A stretch of 64,000 nucleotides of DNA from Patescibacteria group bacterium (GCA_041665365.1 JBAYIY010000007.1:11103-75102), one strand, 5' to 3'. Shown: positions 29,748-38,957, counted from the first letter of the stretch. Made by a program: numbers and translations. Notes: generated by a model from the sequence alone, not told the origin.

Positions 29748-30516
29748 AGATTTTTATTATGCAGCCATTCTCGGCTTTATACAAGGGGTAACGGAGTTTT
29801 TACCAATCTCCTCGTCGGGTCATTTATTGTTATTGCATGAGTTATTTAACTTTGAGGCGGGTGACGCCTTAACTTTTGACATCGCTCTGCATGTTGGTAC
29901 TTTACTAACAATTTGTTTATATTTTGGTAAAGATATAATTAATTATGCCAAGACTCAACCAAAATTATTGTACATGGCTGCCATTAGTTCTATCCCAGCC
30001 GGTATTATCGGTGCGTTATTTGGGGATTTAATTGATCAAACGTTTCGATTTGATTGGGTAGTGGTTATTATGTTGGTAGTAGTGGCGATTATATTCTTAT
30101 TAGTTGAAAAATTTTCTAAACAAGCTACTAATTTAGAACAATTAACCTGGAAACAAGCCATGATAATGGGTTGTGTACAAGCTTTAGCCTTAATACCCGG
30201 TACATCGCGCTCTGGTATTACTATGTCTTTTGGTATGTTATTTGGTTTAAAGAGGGTAGCGGCCGCTCGGTTCTCTTTTATTATGGTGATTCCATTATTA
30301 TTGGGTTTAACTGTGAAGAAGGGGTATGATTTAAGCCAAGCATCATTATCTAATCATGATCTTTTAGTGATGTTGTTAGGTGCTAGTGTAGCAGCGGTAG
30401 TTGGTTTATTTTGTATTCGCTTTTTATTAGTGTATTTTCAACGCTACACCTTAAAACCCTTCGCCTATTATCGCATTATTTTGGCGGTGGTTGTCAGCCT
30501 AGTGCTTTTCCTTTAG
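29734..30516 (+). CDS. uppP: undecaprenyl-diphosphate phosphatase
   Basis: GFIQGVTEFLPISSSGHL and PGTSRSG motifs. About 8 TM. Confidence 0.9.
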   Translation: MISNIDFYYAAILGFIQGVTEFLPISSSGHLLLLHELFNFEAGDALTFDIALHVGTLLTICLYFGKDIINYAKTQPKLLYMAAISSIPAGIIGALFGDLIDQTFRFDWVVVIMLVVVAIIFLLVEKFSKQATNLEQLTWKQAMIMGCVQALALIPGTSRSGITMSFGMLFGLKRVAAARFSFIMVIPLLLGLTVKKGYDLSQASLSNHDLLVMLLGASVAAVVGLFCIRFLLVYFQRYTLKPFAYYRIILAVVVSLVLFL

Positions 30517-30526
30517 ACTGGGGTAT

Positions 30527-31573
30527 ATGTATGTAGTCATTAGAGCCGGTGGCGTTGGAACACGATTATGGCCGATTTCGCGTAACCGTAAACCAAAACA
30601 ATTACACGCCCTAACGAGCAGCAAAACCATGTTACAAGAGGCGATTGAACGCGTGTTAGATGTTGTACCTTTGGAGCATATTTATGTGTCGTGCAATTCC
30701 GCCACTGAACCGGTGGTGCGAACGGAGTTGGGTGCTGTCCTTGAGCATAACTTGATTATAGAACCGGCGTTACGCGATACCGCTGCGGCGGTCGGTTTAG
30801 AAACCATCATGATCGCGAAAGATCATCCTGAAGCCATTATTGCCAGTTTGGGCTCTGATCACAGCATAAAAGATAACCTTGAGTTTCAAAGAATTTTGCA
30901 GGTAGCCGAGCAAGCTATTATTGCACATCCGGATCATATTTTGTGTATTGGCATTCCACCCACTCATGCCGACACCGGCTTTGGTTATATTGAATTAGAC
31001 GATCTAATTACACCGGAGGTTTACAATGTAATGTCGTTCAAAGAAAAACCTACTGAAGTCAAAGCTAGAGAGTTTGTGCGCGCTGGAAATTATTTATGGA
31101 ATGCTAATATGTTTGTGTGGCGCGCTGATACCCTTTTAAAATTATATGAGCAGTATTTACCGGATATGTATGAGTTACTTGTTCAGATACAAGAGCACCC
31201 TGATCAGTTAAATACAATATATCCCAAATTAAAGAAGATCGCGATTGATTATGCCATTATTGAGAAAACCAATAAGATATTAGCTGTCCCGGGAAAATTT
31301 GGTTGGAACGATATCGGTGATTGGGCAAGGCTAAAAGATGAATTAGTGCCAACTGAGATTCAAAATTATAGTAAGGGTAATCACACTGATATTGGTAGTC
31401 AAAACACGCTGGTGTTTTCTGAAACTGACCGGTTAATTGCTACTATCGACACCCACGATTTAGTTATTGTTGATACACCAGATGCTTTGCTCGTTTGTAA
31501 TAAATATTCTAGCCAAAAAGTAAAAGATCTAGTTGAACAGCTCAAGACTAATAAACAGGATCACTTATTATGA
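30527..31573 (+). CDS. mannose-1-phosphate guanylyltransferase-like nucleotidyltransferase
   Basis: RAGGVGTRLWP...KPKQ N-terminal motif and GYIE. 348 aa. Confidence 0.8.
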   Translation: MYVVIRAGGVGTRLWPISRNRKPKQLHALTSSKTMLQEAIERVLDVVPLEHIYVSCNSATEPVVRTELGAVLEHNLIIEPALRDTAAAVGLETIMIAKDHPEAIIASLGSDHSIKDNLEFQRILQVAEQAIIAHPDHILCIGIPPTHADTGFGYIELDDLITPEVYNVMSFKEKPTEVKAREFVRAGNYLWNANMFVWRADTLLKLYEQYLPDMYELLVQIQEHPDQLNTIYPKLKKIAIDYAIIEKTNKILAVPGKFGWNDIGDWARLKDELVPTEIQNYSKGNHTDIGSQNTLVFSETDRLIATIDTHDLVIVDTPDALLVCNKYSSQKVKDLVEQLKTNKQDHLL

Positions 31574-32535
31574 AGGCAATAACCAAATGGTTGTTGGCCT
31601 TTACCCTAGCTACTTGTCTCCTAGCTACTATTTTATTCACCTGGTACATCGTGCGTGTTAATCAAGTGATTACCTTAACAGAACCGGTTAATATTGAAAT
31701 TCCAGCTGGTGGCACTGAAGCAACGGCTAGAGCCCTACAAGAAGCTGGTATCATTAACTCACCTTGGGCCTTTATTATTCACGCTACTTTAACCGGACAA
31801 CGGGCTGAATTAAAAGCTGGCACCTATCATATATCTGGCCATGTAAATATCCCGGCTGTGATTAATATTATTTCTCAACAAACTGCTTTGCAAAACGAAG
31901 TAGTAATAACTTTATTAGAAGGCTGGAGTACCGAACAAATGGGTGATGAATTGGCCAAACAGTTACCGTTTACTAGTGCACAATATGTCCAAGCGGCTAA
32001 AGCGAAACAAGCTGAGGGTAGGCTTTTTCCGGATACATATAGATTTTTTATTGATGCCACACCAGAACAAGTTGTAGAAACACAATTAGATAATTTTAAA
32101 ACAAAATATACCGCTGAGATGAAAGCGGCCGCTAAACTCAATGATCGCACGGTTGATCAAATTGTGATATTAGCCAGTATTGTCGAAAAAGAAGCGCGCA
32201 CTTTAACAGATAAAGGTTTGGTAGCGGGGGTTTTTTGGAAAAGAATTGATGCCGGTAAGCGGTTAGAATCTGATGTGACATTAAATTATATTACCGGTAA
32301 AAACTCAACCTTTGTGCCATTATCCGATACAGAAATAGATTCGCCGTATAATACCTATCGTAATGCCGGTTTACCACCTGGGCCAATTAGTAATCCTGGC
32401 TATGATGCGTTATACGCAGCGACCTATCCAACCGAATCTAATTACTGGTATTTCTTAGCCACCCCAGACGGCGAGATGAAATACGCCGAAACCTATGAAC
32501 AACATTTAGTTTATAAAAATCAATACTACCCATGA
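31570..32535 (+). CDS. mltG: endolytic murein transglycosylase MltG (YceG-like)
   Basis: N-terminal TM. LASIVEKEA catalytic region, LPPGPI.NPG, YFLA...G...Y. Confidence 0.85.
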   Translation: MKAITKWLLAFTLATCLLATILFTWYIVRVNQVITLTEPVNIEIPAGGTEATARALQEAGIINSPWAFIIHATLTGQRAELKAGTYHISGHVNIPAVINIISQQTALQNEVVITLLEGWSTEQMGDELAKQLPFTSAQYVQAAKAKQAEGRLFPDTYRFFIDATPEQVVETQLDNFKTKYTAEMKAAAKLNDRTVDQIVILASIVEKEARTLTDKGLVAGVFWKRIDAGKRLESDVTLNYITGKNSTFVPLSDTEIDSPYNTYRNAGLPPGPISNPGYDALYAATYPTESNYWYFLATPDGEMKYAETYEQHLVYKNQYYP

Positions 32536-33197
32536 ACACAATTATTATTTCCCTTGGTGGATCACTTATATTTAATGAAGTCACAAAACAACCGTCGGTT
32601 GAACGAATTAGAATCTACAGTAAATGGTTAAAACGTTTAAGTGCACACCAGCGCGTTATTGTAGTGGTGGGTGGTGGTATTCCGGCGCGACAATATATCA
32701 CAGCCGGTAAGACATTCACAAAAAGTTCAGCTCAACTTGATGAATTAGGTATTGCTGTGTCTCGGATTAATGCACACTTATTACAGTTGGCGTGTGGTCA
32801 GTCGGCGGATAAAAAAATAATTAGTGATCCAAGAGTAATCTTACCAAAGCAAAAAAAGATTTTCATTGGGGCTGGTTGGAAGCCAGGTCGATCGACCGAT
32901 TATGATGCCGTGATGTTAGCGGTGAAAAATAAAGTTGATACAGTATATAATTTATCTAACATCACTTATCTTTACAATAAAGATCCTAAAAAATATAGTG
33001 CTGCCGTAAAAATTACTGATATCACCTGGCCAGATTTACAACTTATCATTGGTAAAACCTGGCAGCCCGGTTTGAATGTACCATTCGATCCAATTGCTGC
33101 GCAGCTGGCCGCCAAACATAAGTTGACCGTTAAAATCATGAATGGCCAAAAGGTGGGGGATTTGAAACACTTTGTTGGGACAGTGATACATTCCTGA
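32532..33197 (+). CDS. pyrH: UMP kinase, archaeal-type amino-acid kinase fold
   Basis: IIISLGGSL, VVVGGGIPAR.YI, GAGWKPGRSTDYDAV.LA. Confidence 0.65.
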   Translation: MNTIIISLGGSLIFNEVTKQPSVERIRIYSKWLKRLSAHQRVIVVVGGGIPARQYITAGKTFTKSSAQLDELGIAVSRINAHLLQLACGQSADKKIISDPRVILPKQKKIFIGAGWKPGRSTDYDAVMLAVKNKVDTVYNLSNITYLYNKDPKKYSAAVKITDITWPDLQLIIGKTWQPGLNVPFDPIAAQLAAKHKLTVKIMNGQKVGDLKHFVGTVIHS

Positions 33198-33208
33198 ATT
33201 TACCCCCA

Positions 33209-33303
33209 CGTATAGACATGCAATCATGTAGAGACGTGCCATCATGTAGAGACGTGCCATCATGTAGAGACGTGCCGGCGGCACGTCTCTACATGATGGC
33301 ACG
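33209..33303. repeat. family-2 palindromic repeat cluster (GTAGAGACGTGCC type)
   Basis: About 3.5 tandem 18-bp units catgtagagacgtgccat run into a 21-bp-arm palindrome, gccatcatgtagagacgtgcc-ggc-ggcacgtctctacatgatggc. Confidence 0.85.
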
Positions 33304-33322
33304 TATTTATCCACAAAGGTAT

Positions 33323-33352
33323 TTGACGGACAACAGCGTAATAGAGTATCAT
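33323..33352 (+). promoter_or_regulatory. candidate promoter of the rplJL operon
   Basis: TTGACG (33323), 18 nt spacer, TATCAT (33347). Confidence 0.4.
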
Positions 33353-33359
33353 CCGGTTG

Positions 33360-33435
33360 TATCCACAGACCATAGGCTCAATCGGTAAGACCTATGTAGG
33401 AAAAATGGTCTGCTGGGTATGTAGACCTTTTTAAT
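33360..33435 (+). promoter_or_regulatory. putative L10 (rplJ) leader with terminator/antiterminator alternatives
   Basis: cagaccat (33366) pairs with atggtctg (33405). Alternatively, ggtct pairs with agacc (33423), followed by TTTTT. Confidence 0.4.
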
Positions 33436-33450
33436 TTATAAAGAACGCCT

Positions 33451-33966
33451 ATGCCAAAAAATCGAGCGCAAAAAGCGCAATTGCTTGAGGCAATAACGGG
33501 CGCACTCAATCATAAAGGGGTCGTGTTTTTTTCCCATACTGGGTTAAAAGTCACAGATCTAGAAGCTTTGCGCAAAGACATGCGCAAAGAAAACAGTACT
33601 GTGATGGTGGCTAAACGCAACTTATTATTACTCGCTTTAAAACAGCAAGGCATAGCAGTTGACGCAGCACAGTTGGATGGAGCCGTCGCCGTCGCCGTGG
33701 GTGATGACGAAATCACTCCAGCCAAAGTGGTAGCCACATTCAAGAAGAAACACGAAGCAGTAGCTTTCTTCGGAGGGTTAATGGAACATCGTTTCATGAC
33801 CGCCGCTGAAGTGCAACAGCTTTCCACCTTACCAGGTAAGCAAGAGTTATTAGCCAAATTAGTTGGTTCACTCCAGTCGCCCATGACTGGTATGGTCAAC
33901 GTCTTGGTCGGTAATGTCCGCGGCCTGGTTACAGCATTGGATGCGATTCGTGCCCAAAAAGTGTAG
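33451..33966 (+). CDS. rplJ: 50S ribosomal protein L10
   Basis: 171 aa. L10-like sequence immediately upstream of L7/L12. Confidence 0.9.
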   Translation: MPKNRAQKAQLLEAITGALNHKGVVFFSHTGLKVTDLEALRKDMRKENSTVMVAKRNLLLLALKQQGIAVDAAQLDGAVAVAVGDDEITPAKVVATFKKKHEAVAFFGGLMEHRFMTAAEVQQLSTLPGKQELLAKLVGSLQSPMTGMVNVLVGNVRGLVTALDAIRAQKV

Positions 33967-34016
33967 AGACATGCCATGGCATGACTCAACAAATTATTAA
34001 ATAATCATATATCTTT

Positions 34017-34430
34017 ATGTCAGACGAAGTAAAAAAGGATGAAGTAGTAGAAGTGCCGGCCAAATTTAAAGACTTGGTCGAACAAATTGAAAAAATGTCC
34101 GTGTTGGATTTGGCTGACTTAGTCAAAATTCTAGAGAAAAAATTTGGTGTCTCAGCCGCTGCGCCTATGGCTATGATGGCTATGCCCGGAGCTGGTGCCG
34201 CTGCTCCCGTGGAAGAGAAAGATTCTTTCAATGTTGAATTAACTGAAGTTGGTGCCAATAAAATCGCCGTGATTAAAGTCGTGCGTGAGGTGACAGCGTT
34301 AGGGTTAAAAGAAGCTAAAGACCTAGTCGACGGTGCTCCAAAAGTCGTTAAAGAAGACGTCAAGAAAGAGGAGGCCGAAGCCATGAAAAAGAAAATCGAA
34401 GAATCCGGTGCCAAGGTAACGTTGAAATAG
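34017..34430 (+). CDS. rplL: 50S ribosomal protein L7/L12
   Basis: Ala-rich hinge [19 protein letters not shown]-terminal [28 protein letters not shown]. Confidence 0.95.
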   Translation: MSDEVKKDEVVEVPAKFKDLVEQIEKMSVLDLADLVKILEKKFGVSAAAPMAMMAMPGAGAAAPVEEKDSFNVELTEVGANKIAVIKVVREVTALGLKEAKDLVDGAPKVVKEDVKKEEAEAMKKKIEESGAKVTLK

Positions 34431-34450
34431 ACAACAAAGCCTGTCATAAA

Positions 34451-34485
34451 AAATACCCGGTTGATTATATCGGGTATTTTTTTTA
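34451..34485 (+). terminator. rho-independent terminator after rplL
   Basis: aaatacccgg-ttgattatat-cgggtattt followed by a T-run. Confidence 0.7.
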
Positions 34486-34501
34486 CCACTAAATTGTTGT
34501 C

Positions 34502-34591
34502 TTTACCCCCAACCCCCTTGCAGGGGGCTAAGAAAAGATTTTTCTAAATTTTCTTTCTTATCCCCCTGCAAGGGGGACAGAGGGGGTAAAA
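34502..34591. repeat. family-1 nested palindromic element (canonical copy)
   Basis: tttaccccc-aa-cccccttgcaggggg-ctaagaaaag...ctttcttat-ccccctgcaaggggg-acaga-gggggtaaa. Confidence 0.85.
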
Positions 34592-34603
34592 TCCGAGATG
34601 TTC

Positions 34604-36784
34604 TTACAACCCCACCGAATACACCTTATTGTCTGACACTACGTAAATGATTTTATTAGCCGCATCGTAGGCCACATCTTTGGCATTACTAAAGGCCGGT
34701 GATTTATATTGCGCTTGTAATTTGCCATCAGCTGATAATACCACAACCCGCTGAGTGCTTGGATTCAGAATAATAAACGGATCATCAGCATTATTTTTCA
34801 CCAGTTTTACACTGCCAGCTAAACTGGGGCTAAACTCTGGCAGTTTGAAATTACTAGACGTGCCACCATCATATTGTTTAACATTACCATCACTAAACAA
34901 TATATAGATGGACGAATCAATATCAAAGGAGATGGCATCTTGCAAACTTTCTGAATCACTCAACCAATTAGTTGGTGTGGCATAACTATTACCGCTTTTC
35001 GTTAATTTCACAATTCTATTCTGATCAGCTGCCATAACGTATAAACGATCAGCAAAAATATCAATATCAGTAATAGCAACTTGATCGTCTTTTAAGCCCA
35101 CCGTGACAGCACTGGTTTTTTCTAACACTGGGTTAAACTGAACAAAGTCTTTATCATTTACTACCGCTAGGGTAGTAGCCGCGGTATCATTTTCGACGGA
35201 TTTGAAACCAGTGGTATCTGTGCCTGATTCAATCACACTGGTCACTTCTTGTTTATCAATGTTGACACGCCACACTCCAGTTGAGCTGCCGGAAAACACA
35301 AAGACATTTTTTCCAATTAAACTGAGTTTTAAATTTTGCGCGTCACCCACTTTATCCGATAAATCACCCACTAAGGTTGGGGAGTCTAGAACAGTGACTT
35401 TGTTTAAGGCCGTATCAAGATTATTTATTTTTGTGCTGCGGTCACCCAGTTTATCAGCCGAAACTGTGCTGATTAATGCTTCCGCCTGCGCTAAGGCTGC
35501 TCTGGCTCCAACTTCATCTTTAACTAGTTGTTTTGATTCCGCTTCACTGATAAACTGATCAATCTCCTGCAAAGAAGCAGCCTGGGTATCAGTCTGCTGT
35601 GAATTATTGTTCGAGCGGCTCTTGATAAACAAACTTATTAAAATTACCAACAGAGTTAAAACCAGCAAACCGGCAAAGATTTTTTGGGGTAAACTGATAT
35701 TCCAGCGGGATCGTCCGACCGAGCGCGACATTGAATTACTGCGTTTAAACAACATTTGCCCGAGCTGTACGCTGATTTTAAATAACCACACCAAGCCGAG
35801 CATGATTTGATGGGCTACATTGACAATGAATTGCCAAATAATCAACAGCACATTCACAAATGCATTTTGCGATTTGGCATAATTATCTTCAACCGCGCGG
35901 CGCTGTTCGGTTTTTCCAGCCGATTGATTACCCACGTACTGTAGCCGTTTCTTAATGGTTGGCCAAATCGACGGTGTTAAAAGATCACCGGTGGTGCGTT
36001 CTTGATCGATCAACTTTGACATGGAATCATTCGTTTCTTTGTCCCGGTCAGCCTCAGTAGTTGTAATATCTATTTTAGTCAGTGATTCAATTGTTTCATC
36101 AGATATATCATTTTGGACATCTTCAAATTTGATAAGCAAAGCCGCAATATTAGTGAGCGTATCTTGATCCGATAGCACTGTATTTAAATACTCCACGCCA
36201 TCAGCTGAAGTATGATCAAGGACGGTGCGGCGTAATTTCTCTAACGATAAATAATTTAGTAAGTTATTAGTACAAAATAACAAACCACCGCGTTCAGGGC
36301 ATTTACCAGATACTAATGTATTAAATAACTTGAGCGGCTGAATTGTATTGGTCGGGGAATACTGCACTATATCAATGATCTCATCACCCTGAATTAAGTA
36401 GCCATCAATTTTACCGACCGTACTAAAATAGGCAGTGGTGCCGTGTAAGACACCGACTATGCCATGACAATGATATGTCCAACCCTCACCATGTTGGTTG
36501 ATTTGATCTTGAATGGCCGTATTGACCTTTTGCAAAGCCCGTTCAAAAGCCGCTTCAATTTCAAAATCACTGGCTCGATAATAGGCAGAAGTGAACATTT
36601 CGTCGATGGCTTGGACAATCGTTTCAGTATATGTTTCGACACTATCAAATTCTAACAATACAAAAATACGCCCCAGGTTTTTATCCTCCAGTGGCGATGG
36701 TTGAGAGACATAGAGATGAATGGCATTCCTCCCCTCGGCTCGATCTAAGAACAACTCACCGAACACAGGCTTATTCATAGGCAT
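34604..36784 (-). CDS. large membrane-spanning hypothetical protein
   Basis: 726 aa. Cytoplasmic N-domain, TM segments near residues 300-390, and a C-terminal repeat/propeller-like extracytoplasmic region. No family recognised. Confidence 0.55.
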   Translation of the reverse strand: MPMNKPVFGELFLDRAEGRNAIHLYVSQPSPLEDKNLGRIFVLLEFDSVETYTETIVQAIDEMFTSAYYRASDFEIEAAFERALQKVNTAIQDQINQHGEGWTYHCHGIVGVLHGTTAYFSTVGKIDGYLIQGDEIIDIVQYSPTNTIQPLKLFNTLVSGKCPERGGLLFCTNNLLNYLSLEKLRRTVLDHTSADGVEYLNTVLSDQDTLTNIAALLIKFEDVQNDISDETIESLTKIDITTTEADRDKETNDSMSKLIDQERTTGDLLTPSIWPTIKKRLQYVGNQSAGKTEQRRAVEDNYAKSQNAFVNVLLIIWQFIVNVAHQIMLGLVWLFKISVQLGQMLFKRSNSMSRSVGRSRWNISLPQKIFAGLLVLTLLVILISLFIKSRSNNNSQQTDTQAASLQEIDQFISEAESKQLVKDEVGARAALAQAEALISTVSADKLGDRSTKINNLDTALNKVTVLDSPTLVGDLSDKVGDAQNLKLSLIGKNVFVFSGSSTGVWRVNIDKQEVTSVIESGTDTTGFKSVENDTAATTLAVVNDKDFVQFNPVLEKTSAVTVGLKDDQVAITDIDIFADRLYVMAADQNRIVKLTKSGNSYATPTNWLSDSESLQDAISFDIDSSIYILFSDGNVKQYDGGTSSNFKLPEFSPSLAGSVKLVKNNADDPFIILNPSTQRVVVLSADGKLQAQYKSPAFSNAKDVAYDAANKIIYVVSDNKVYSVGL

Positions 36785-36814
36785 AGTATACGAAATTGTG
36801 TTATACTTGTCTAT

Positions 36815-37375
36815 ATGTTGGAATCATTATTCGGCTCCCGGACTCGGGTAAAGTTATTACGTCTATTTTTAAGCCACTCTGAGCAACGCTGGTTTGTCCG
36901 TGAATTAACGCGCGTGGTGCAAGAACAAATCAACTCGGTTAGGCGGGAGCTGGGTCATTTAGAGCAGTTAGGTTTAATTACCTCAGCTCAAGAACAACGT
37001 AAAAAATATTATCGCGTGAACACGAATTTTACACTCTATCCGGAATTAAAAGCCTTATTCATTAAAGCGCGCGTCACTTTAGAAAAAGATGTGATTGAGA
37101 AATTATGTCGCGCGGCCAAAGTACGCTATGTCAGTTTACACGGTTATTTTGTGGATGACACTGATAGTGTGGTTGATTTGTTCGTCATTGGTGATATGAC
37201 CGAACGTCAGTTGCAACAACTGTTGGATGATTTCAAACAACAGTTTGGCCGTGAGTTACGCTATACACACATGACCCTGGCCGAATACAAATATCGGCAT
37301 GATGTGACTGACAAGTTTTTGTTTAACATCCTACATAGTAAGCACATTGTCTTGTTTGACCAACTAACAAAGTAA
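36815..37375 (+). CDS. winged-helix (ArsR/MarR-like) DNA-binding protein with C-terminal nucleotidyltransferase-like region
   Basis: N-terminal FGSRTRVKLLRLFL....... FVRELTR......NSVRRELGHLEQLGLI. TGtTATACT extended -10 lies 7 nt before the ATG. Confidence 0.5.
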   Translation: MLESLFGSRTRVKLLRLFLSHSEQRWFVRELTRVVQEQINSVRRELGHLEQLGLITSAQEQRKKYYRVNTNFTLYPELKALFIKARVTLEKDVIEKLCRAAKVRYVSLHGYFVDDTDSVVDLFVIGDMTERQLQQLLDDFKQQFGRELRYTHMTLAEYKYRHDVTDKFLFNILHSKHIVLFDQLTK

Positions 37376-37392
37376 GGGATATACTTTTTCCT

Positions 37393-37482
37393 ATGATTAA
37401 GTTAATCGCAAAAATCAATAATGTGTTAGCGGTGTTTGTGTTATTGCTGGCCGCTACCATAATTTATCTTTATTTTAGATAA
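37393..37482 (+). CDS. 29-aa single-TM small protein (not in ORF track)
   Basis: MIKLIAKINNVLAVFVLLLAATIIYLYFR. Preceded by TTGACC, 18 nt, TATACT, 7 nt, ATG. Its TAA abuts the ATG at 37483. Confidence 0.45.
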   Translation: MIKLIAKINNVLAVFVLLLAATIIYLYFR

Positions 37483-38250
37483 ATGTTAATCTTCCAACGT
37501 TTTACTCCATATTGGACCACCGGTGTGGTAATGCTATGTCTGGCTCTCTTAGTAAAATACCCACAAGGGTGGTTAGCTTACTTGGTGATAGTGATATTAG
37601 TACCGATTAGTGCGATCATGATCATGCGCCAACCGCGTTGGCGGTTTGAGTATATTGGTTTATCAGTTCCGATGATATTGCTGGTAGTTGGTGGGTATAC
37701 CTTTTTACTAATTCAATCGACCCTGTGGTTACAAGTGGCGGCGGTGTTGTGTACCGGTATCTTTTTTTTCCTATTTGAGAAAAACCTCGCGGTCTGGTTA
37801 TTTCAACCGAACAAATATATTCCATTTTCCATGGAGCATATTAGTATTTATTGCAACGTTGTAGCATCATTTTATACTTATGTCAGTCTGTTCATGTTTT
37901 CAATTTTACGCTTAACTCAGCTGCGCTATATTTTTATTGCCACTTTATTAGTAACAACGGCGCTGGTGGGGCAAACATTTTGGATTCAGAAGATACCCTG
38001 GGTGAAAGCCAAGTGGTTTGTGTTAGTGATAACTGTTGTTATGACGCAATTAGTAGTAGTGCTCTATTATTGGCCAGTGAGTTTTTTTGTGACCGGTATT
38101 ATTATGACATTACTACTCTATGTCTTATTGCACTTAAGCCGGCATCATCTGACAGAAACCTTAACTAAACAATTGGTCTGGCGGTATTTATTGACCTGTG
38201 GTTTAGGATTAATTTTATTATTAGCCACAGCGCAGTGGTTATATGTATGA
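37483..38250 (+). CDS. polytopic membrane protein (about 7-8 TM), unknown function
   Basis: 255 aa, highly hydrophobic. Confidence 0.55.
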   Translation: MLIFQRFTPYWTTGVVMLCLALLVKYPQGWLAYLVIVILVPISAIMIMRQPRWRFEYIGLSVPMILLVVGGYTFLLIQSTLWLQVAAVLCTGIFFFLFEKNLAVWLFQPNKYIPFSMEHISIYCNVVASFYTYVSLFMFSILRLTQLRYIFIATLLVTTALVGQTFWIQKIPWVKAKWFVLVITVVMTQLVVVLYYWPVSFFVTGIIMTLLLYVLLHLSRHHLTETLTKQLVWRYLLTCGLGLILLLATAQWLYV

Positions 38251-38957
38251 AGAGACTACCGGTACCGACAGCGCCAAGTGAAAGAGCTAAATGGCAAACG
38301 GCTGAACCCGGTCGGTCGGCTTGGTTAATTTTAACACTGCTGTTAAGTTTGATAGCGGGTTTTACCGGTAGTTTAATGGCTGATGTTTATGAATTGGATT
38401 TAACACCAACCGCCCCGAATGTGATTGTAGTGCCGGATAATACTTCGTCGGCGTCGGCTAGTTTAGTAGCCGCTCTACAAAATGATCAGGCCGATGCCTT
38501 AGTGCTGATTCGTGATGAAAATACCATTTTAGGTAATGGGATAGTACAGAGTGGTGATGGTTGGATCGTGGCTGTGTCCGAAATATTTACCGATCAAACA
38601 ACCGTGACCATAGAAACTAATGCCGGTAAAAAATATACCAGTGATCAAATGCGCCTTGATGCAACGACCGGTTTAGCCTACATCCATGTAAATACGACCG
38701 GTTTAAGAATTGCCCAGTTTAGAGATAAGCCAGTTGAGTTAGGGGAAAGCTTAATTGTATATGGCCGTAATCCTGTCACCACGGTGGCATATGCATCAGT
38801 GTCTGGTCTTAATGATAAAGATATTATATTAGATCGCACGGTAGAAAAAAGTTTAGTAGGCGCACCGATTTATGATTTGACCAATGCCATGGTTGGTTTT
38901 GCTACGAATTCAACCAAGATAATCCCGATTGAGTTGGTGGCAGAGCCAGGGTTATAA
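38235..38957 (+). CDS. membrane-anchored trypsin-fold-like protein, probably catalytically degenerate
   Basis: N-terminal TM. Layout resembles S1C/HtrA protease cores, but SLVGAP replaces the GNSGGP serine motif. Confidence 0.4.
   Translation: MVICMKRLPVPTAPSERAKWQTAEPGRSAWLILTLLLSLIAGFTGSLMADVYELDLTPTAPNVIVVPDNTSSASASLVAALQNDQADALVLIRDENTILGNGIVQSGDGWIVAVSEIFTDQTTVTIETNAGKKYTSDQMRLDATTGLAYIHVNTTGLRIAQFRDKPVELGESLIVYGRNPVTTVAYASVSGLNDKDIILDRTVEKSLVGAPIYDLTNAMVGFATNSTKIIPIELVAEPGL

Noticed and set aside
33209-33303. Possible CRISPR array (short repeated palindromic units)
   Set aside because: The units are directly tandem, with no unique spacers, and merge into one long palindrome. No regular repeat-spacer periodicity occurs anywhere in the window, and there are no cas genes.
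33986-34489. 167-aa ORF antisense to rplL, plus similar antisense ORFs inside typA (9085..9576, 7972..8196), rplJ (33510..33992), the sufC/sufB genes and the giant genes
   Set aside because: They are entirely contained within strongly supported conserved genes on the opposite strand. They have low-complexity translations and no start signals.
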